Assembly: GCA_051294905.1 (NCBI GenBank)
Contig: CM119371.1
Coordinates: 35,342,001-35,406,000 of the forward strand
Reading direction: 5' to 3'
Length of the DNA: 64,000 bases
Origin: Botryllus schlosseri
Lineage: Eukaryota
Below the pieces are notes generated by a model. That model saw nothing but the letters and a program-made list of their open reading frames with translations, made no database searches and had not been told where the DNA came from. This document shows positions 60,871 through 64,000 of the stretch, piece by piece. Each line of letters starts with the position of its first letter. Within the stretch, counting starts at the first letter, position 1. The position numbers and the translations under genes are program-made.

Positions 60871-62563
60871 AATACCTTCTATTCACAACACCCTCGCAGG
60901 CCCATTCCGTCCATGGTATAGAGCAGCGTTTCTTAAACTTGTCTCCATTTTTTGTAATTTTTAAGGGGGCGGAAACGCTCCGGGGGAGAATGGCGGGGGG
61001 GGGGGCGATGAGCTCAGGGGGCGGTATGAGGGCGCTGAAGAAAAATGGCATCGCAGTAGATGGTGTAGTAATGACAAATGATTATATAGTAGAGCGATAG
61101 TTCTATATATCCCTGAGTTCTCAGTGCAAACGAACATCGAACATTCGACAAAATCTGTCAAATCACAACGTTATTCGTTGCGCTCATCGCAAAATATCCA
61201 CCGATCATGTTTCCATGAATGCAGAGGTTTATTTTATCTCATGTATATTGAATGAGGCGTAGTTTTGGATTGGCAATTCTCCGTTATACTACTGCCTCCT
61301 CGCTAGCTACCCCAATTCGACACCTTCCTATATTTTCATTGTATCGATGTTTTGCGACGTTTTGAAATGATGTAAATATTAATCCACTGATACTTGAACT
61401 GATAGCTCGGGGTTGTTCTCTACAAAATGTTTTGAACTAGCTGTTGTATCCTGCAGTGCACTGCGTGTCGAAATCGAAAGGGCACTGTAGGCTACTGTAC
61501 ATCTTTGAGAGTGATGCCCTTTGTACATTGAAGATGTTTTGAAGCTTTTTGACCAAAATGATTAACTAAATATACTTGTATTTGAGAGCTACAAAATTAA
61601 GTCTCCAGAATATTTTTTCATCGTATCACAATCAAATGATACTGCTAAGTGTTGTTACCGATTCATGTTAAGGCTAAGAGCTTGGTGCAGCACTAAATTC
61701 AATGTGAGCAAATCTCTACCACAGAGGAGAGGAGAGAGGAAAATTCGGGATGTGTACATCGATCTCGAACCAAATGCTATGAGCGTGTGAGCCCGTAGGC
61801 CTTAACCGATGGTAGTTATAACAACTTTGATTTGTTCCCGAAAATAGCACATACAATTATACCGTTAATTAACCGAGTGGTTACATTATAATAGTGAAGT
61901 CCCACCCGAAATCGGAATTCGACCACTTGCCCATTGTTTTTTACTACAGTCCATAAAATAAGGCGCGCCGGACCCAGACAATTTTGTAAGGGGCGCCGGA
62001 GAAAAAAAAATAAAAACCATTGGTATGGAGCGTCTTAGTGAATATAAGGTATTTCAACCAAGCATGTTGCAGTCGAAATGCTGAGAAAAGGCTATCAATT
62101 TGTATGGTACATGATTCGGTTTATTTTCCGAAGTGTTACGGTATGCTAGTATGGCATGTTGATATGCAGTGACAGGACTATCATTAGTGTATTCCGTTTG
62201 ATTCTATTGATTCATTTGTATGTTATACATATAGCAGTTGCGCTGTCTATAGTATATTGATGCTCTTTGTTTAGATTATTTCTAAACATATGAGATATTG
62301 TCAGATGGTTACGAAGCTAATTTATATCTGCAGAATAGAGTTGGAAAAAGTAAAGCGTGACATCTGTTCAAATCCTGTGTTAACACTTTAAAGTTAAAGA
62401 CTTGGACTCGTTTATCGTCCTAACTGTCATATATGAAAGTGTGCCTTGATACCTGTTGCAAAAGGAGTGACAAGACATCAAATATTCTAACCATCGAGCA
62501 CGACTTGAAAGATCCTAGCAGCGACATTTAAAAGAAAATATTTCATTTGATCACGAGTTTCAA

Positions 62564-62655
62564 ATGGATATGCATGCTGGTACCGAAGATCATAAATGTG
62601 AAGTATGTGAGAAATCATTTACTCTGATGGGTAGTATCAGCCGACATATGGATAT
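62564..62655 (+). pseudogene. 5' part of zinc-finger gene C (first finger), interrupted by a MITE
   Basis: MDMHAGTEDHK-CEVCEKSFTLMGSISRHMD|insertion; read-through into the MITE stops at TAA 62672-62674. Confidence 0.85.
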
Positions 62656-63275
62656 TAGGGCTGTTCAAAAATAACTTTTTTTTCCCGATTCAAGCCGTTC
62701 ACCTCTTAAATCGTCAGGTTACCCTAAAAAACGCTGCACACCAAATTTGGTTCAATTCTAATAAGTATAGGGCTCCGCGGATCCAATTGAATTTTTTAAT
62801 TTAAACAGGAAAATTGAAAAAAAAAAAATTCCAAATTTTTCTGCCAACCCCATGAAATTGTTGAGCTGTCTTCAAAGACGTTGCAAAACAAATTTGAGTC
62901 AATTCCGACCAGTAGAAGCGGAGTTATTGGAGTTTTTCGTTGATATTTCTCGGATTATCCTTGATTGGTGGATAATCCGCGATTTATCAACGAAAAACTC
63001 ACATAACTCCGCTTCTACTGGTCGGAATTGACTCAAATTTGTTTTGCAACGTCTTTGAAGACAGCTCAACAATTTCATGGGGTTGGCAGAAAAATTTGGA
63101 ATTTTTTTTTTTTTCAATTTTCCTGTTTAAATTAAAAAATTCAATTGGATCCGCGGAGCCCTATACTTATTAGAATTGAACCAAATTTGGTGTGCAGCGT
63201 TTTTTAGGGTAACCTGACGATTTAAGAGGTGAACGGCTTGAATCGGAAAAAAAAAGTTATTTTTGAACAGCCCTA
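62656..63275. mobile_element. 620-bp near-perfect palindromic hAT-type MITE inserted in gene C
   Basis: Perfect 8-bp TSD ATGGATAT (62648-62655 and 63276-63283); ~305-bp arms reverse-complementary apart from homopolymer length and a few central mismatches. Confidence 0.95.
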
Positions 63276-64000
63276 ATGGATATGCATACTGGCGTTAAAG
63301 ATCATAAATGCGATATATGCGGGAAAACATTTGCATTGAAGGGTACTCTCAAGCGCCATTTAGATATGCATGCTGGCGTCAAAAATCATAAATGTGAAAT
63401 ATGTGGAAAAGCATTCCCTTCAAAGGATGCCGTCAAGCTGCATTTGGACGTGCATGTTTGCATGAAAAATCATAAATGCGATATCTGTGGAAAAGCGTAT
63501 ACTTGTAATGGCTCCCTCAAGCGTCATATGGAGGTGCATGCTGGCGTCAAGCATCATGGATTTGAATGCGATATTTGTGGAAGAGCATTTTCCCGTAGGG
63601 AGCACCTCAAGTATCATATGGATTTACATGCTGGTATGAAAGATCATGAATGTGATATATGTGGGAAAGATTTTACACAGAGACGTTCCCTCGAGAGACA
63701 CATTAAGATGCACGCCGGCGTTAAAAAACACGAATGTGATGTATGTGGGAAAGCATTTAGTTGGCAGTATATGCTCTTGCAACATAAGGTGATGCATATT
63801 GGAATAAGAAATCATAAGTGTGATATATGTAAGAAAGCATTTAAATTAAAGGATGACCTCGTGCGTCATATGGTGATTCATGCTGGATTCAAAGATCATA
63901 AATGCGATATATGTGAAAAAACATTTATATCAAGGCGCTCCCTCAAGCTTCACGCGGCCAGGCATGCTGGCGTCGGTTATATATGTGATATATGTGGAAA
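63276..64000 (+). CDS. 3' part of tandem C2H2 zinc-finger gene C, 8 complete fingers plus a partial ninth, open to the window end (absent from the ORF track)
   Basis: Manual translation from ATG 63276 (MDMHTGVKDHK-CDICGKTFALKGTLKRHLDMH...) has no stop to 64000. Confidence 0.88.
   Translation, partial: MDMHTGVKDHKCDICGKTFALKGTLKRHLDMHAGVKNHKCEICGKAFPSKDAVKLHLDVHVCMKNHKCDICGKAYTCNGSLKRHMEVHAGVKHHGFECDICGRAFSRREHLKYHMDLHAGMKDHECDICGKDFTQRRSLERHIKMHAGVKKHECDVCGKAFSWQYMLLQHKVMHIGIRNHKCDICKKAFKLKDDLVRHMVIHAGFKDHKCDICEKTFISRRSLKLHAARHAGVGYICDICG

Noticed and set aside
62648..63283. MITE in gene C acting as a precisely spliced introner
   Set aside because: None of the equivalent 628-nt excision windows across the TSD begins with GT/GC or ends with AG

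Overview
Eukaryotic, AT-rich, transposon-saturated animal DNA. It looks like a marine invertebrate such as a tunicate, but that is inference only. The host genes are a dispersed cluster of three paralogous plus-strand tandem C2H2 zinc-finger genes: A at ~2.6-3.6 kb, B at ~25.7-26.7 kb, and C from ~62.6 kb to the window end. No effector domain is visible, and the linker is a non-canonical AG(I/V)KN(H/Y)K. All three share flanking blocks, and orphan copies of those flanks without a finger exon are also present. Gene A is cut short by an AAA>TAA change, gene B is built from a 3-finger higher-order repeat, and gene C is split by a 620-bp almost perfectly palindromic hAT-type MITE. Between the genes lies an intact, very young 4.6-kb Ty3/Gypsy LTR retrotransposon with CsRn1-clade hallmarks: 277-bp LTRs differing at one site, tRNA-Trp PBS, CHCC Gag knuckle, a G GGA AAC -1 slippery site with a predicted pseudoknot, and a 4-bp TSD whose empty site is seen in a paralogous repeat. 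The rest is hAT MITEs with 8-bp TSDs (some nested several deep), three copies of a TA-targeting MITE, tRNA-derived SINEs, CR1/L2-like LINE 3' fragments and decayed hAT transposase relics. All analysis was done by eye, so boundaries of degenerate repeats are approximate.
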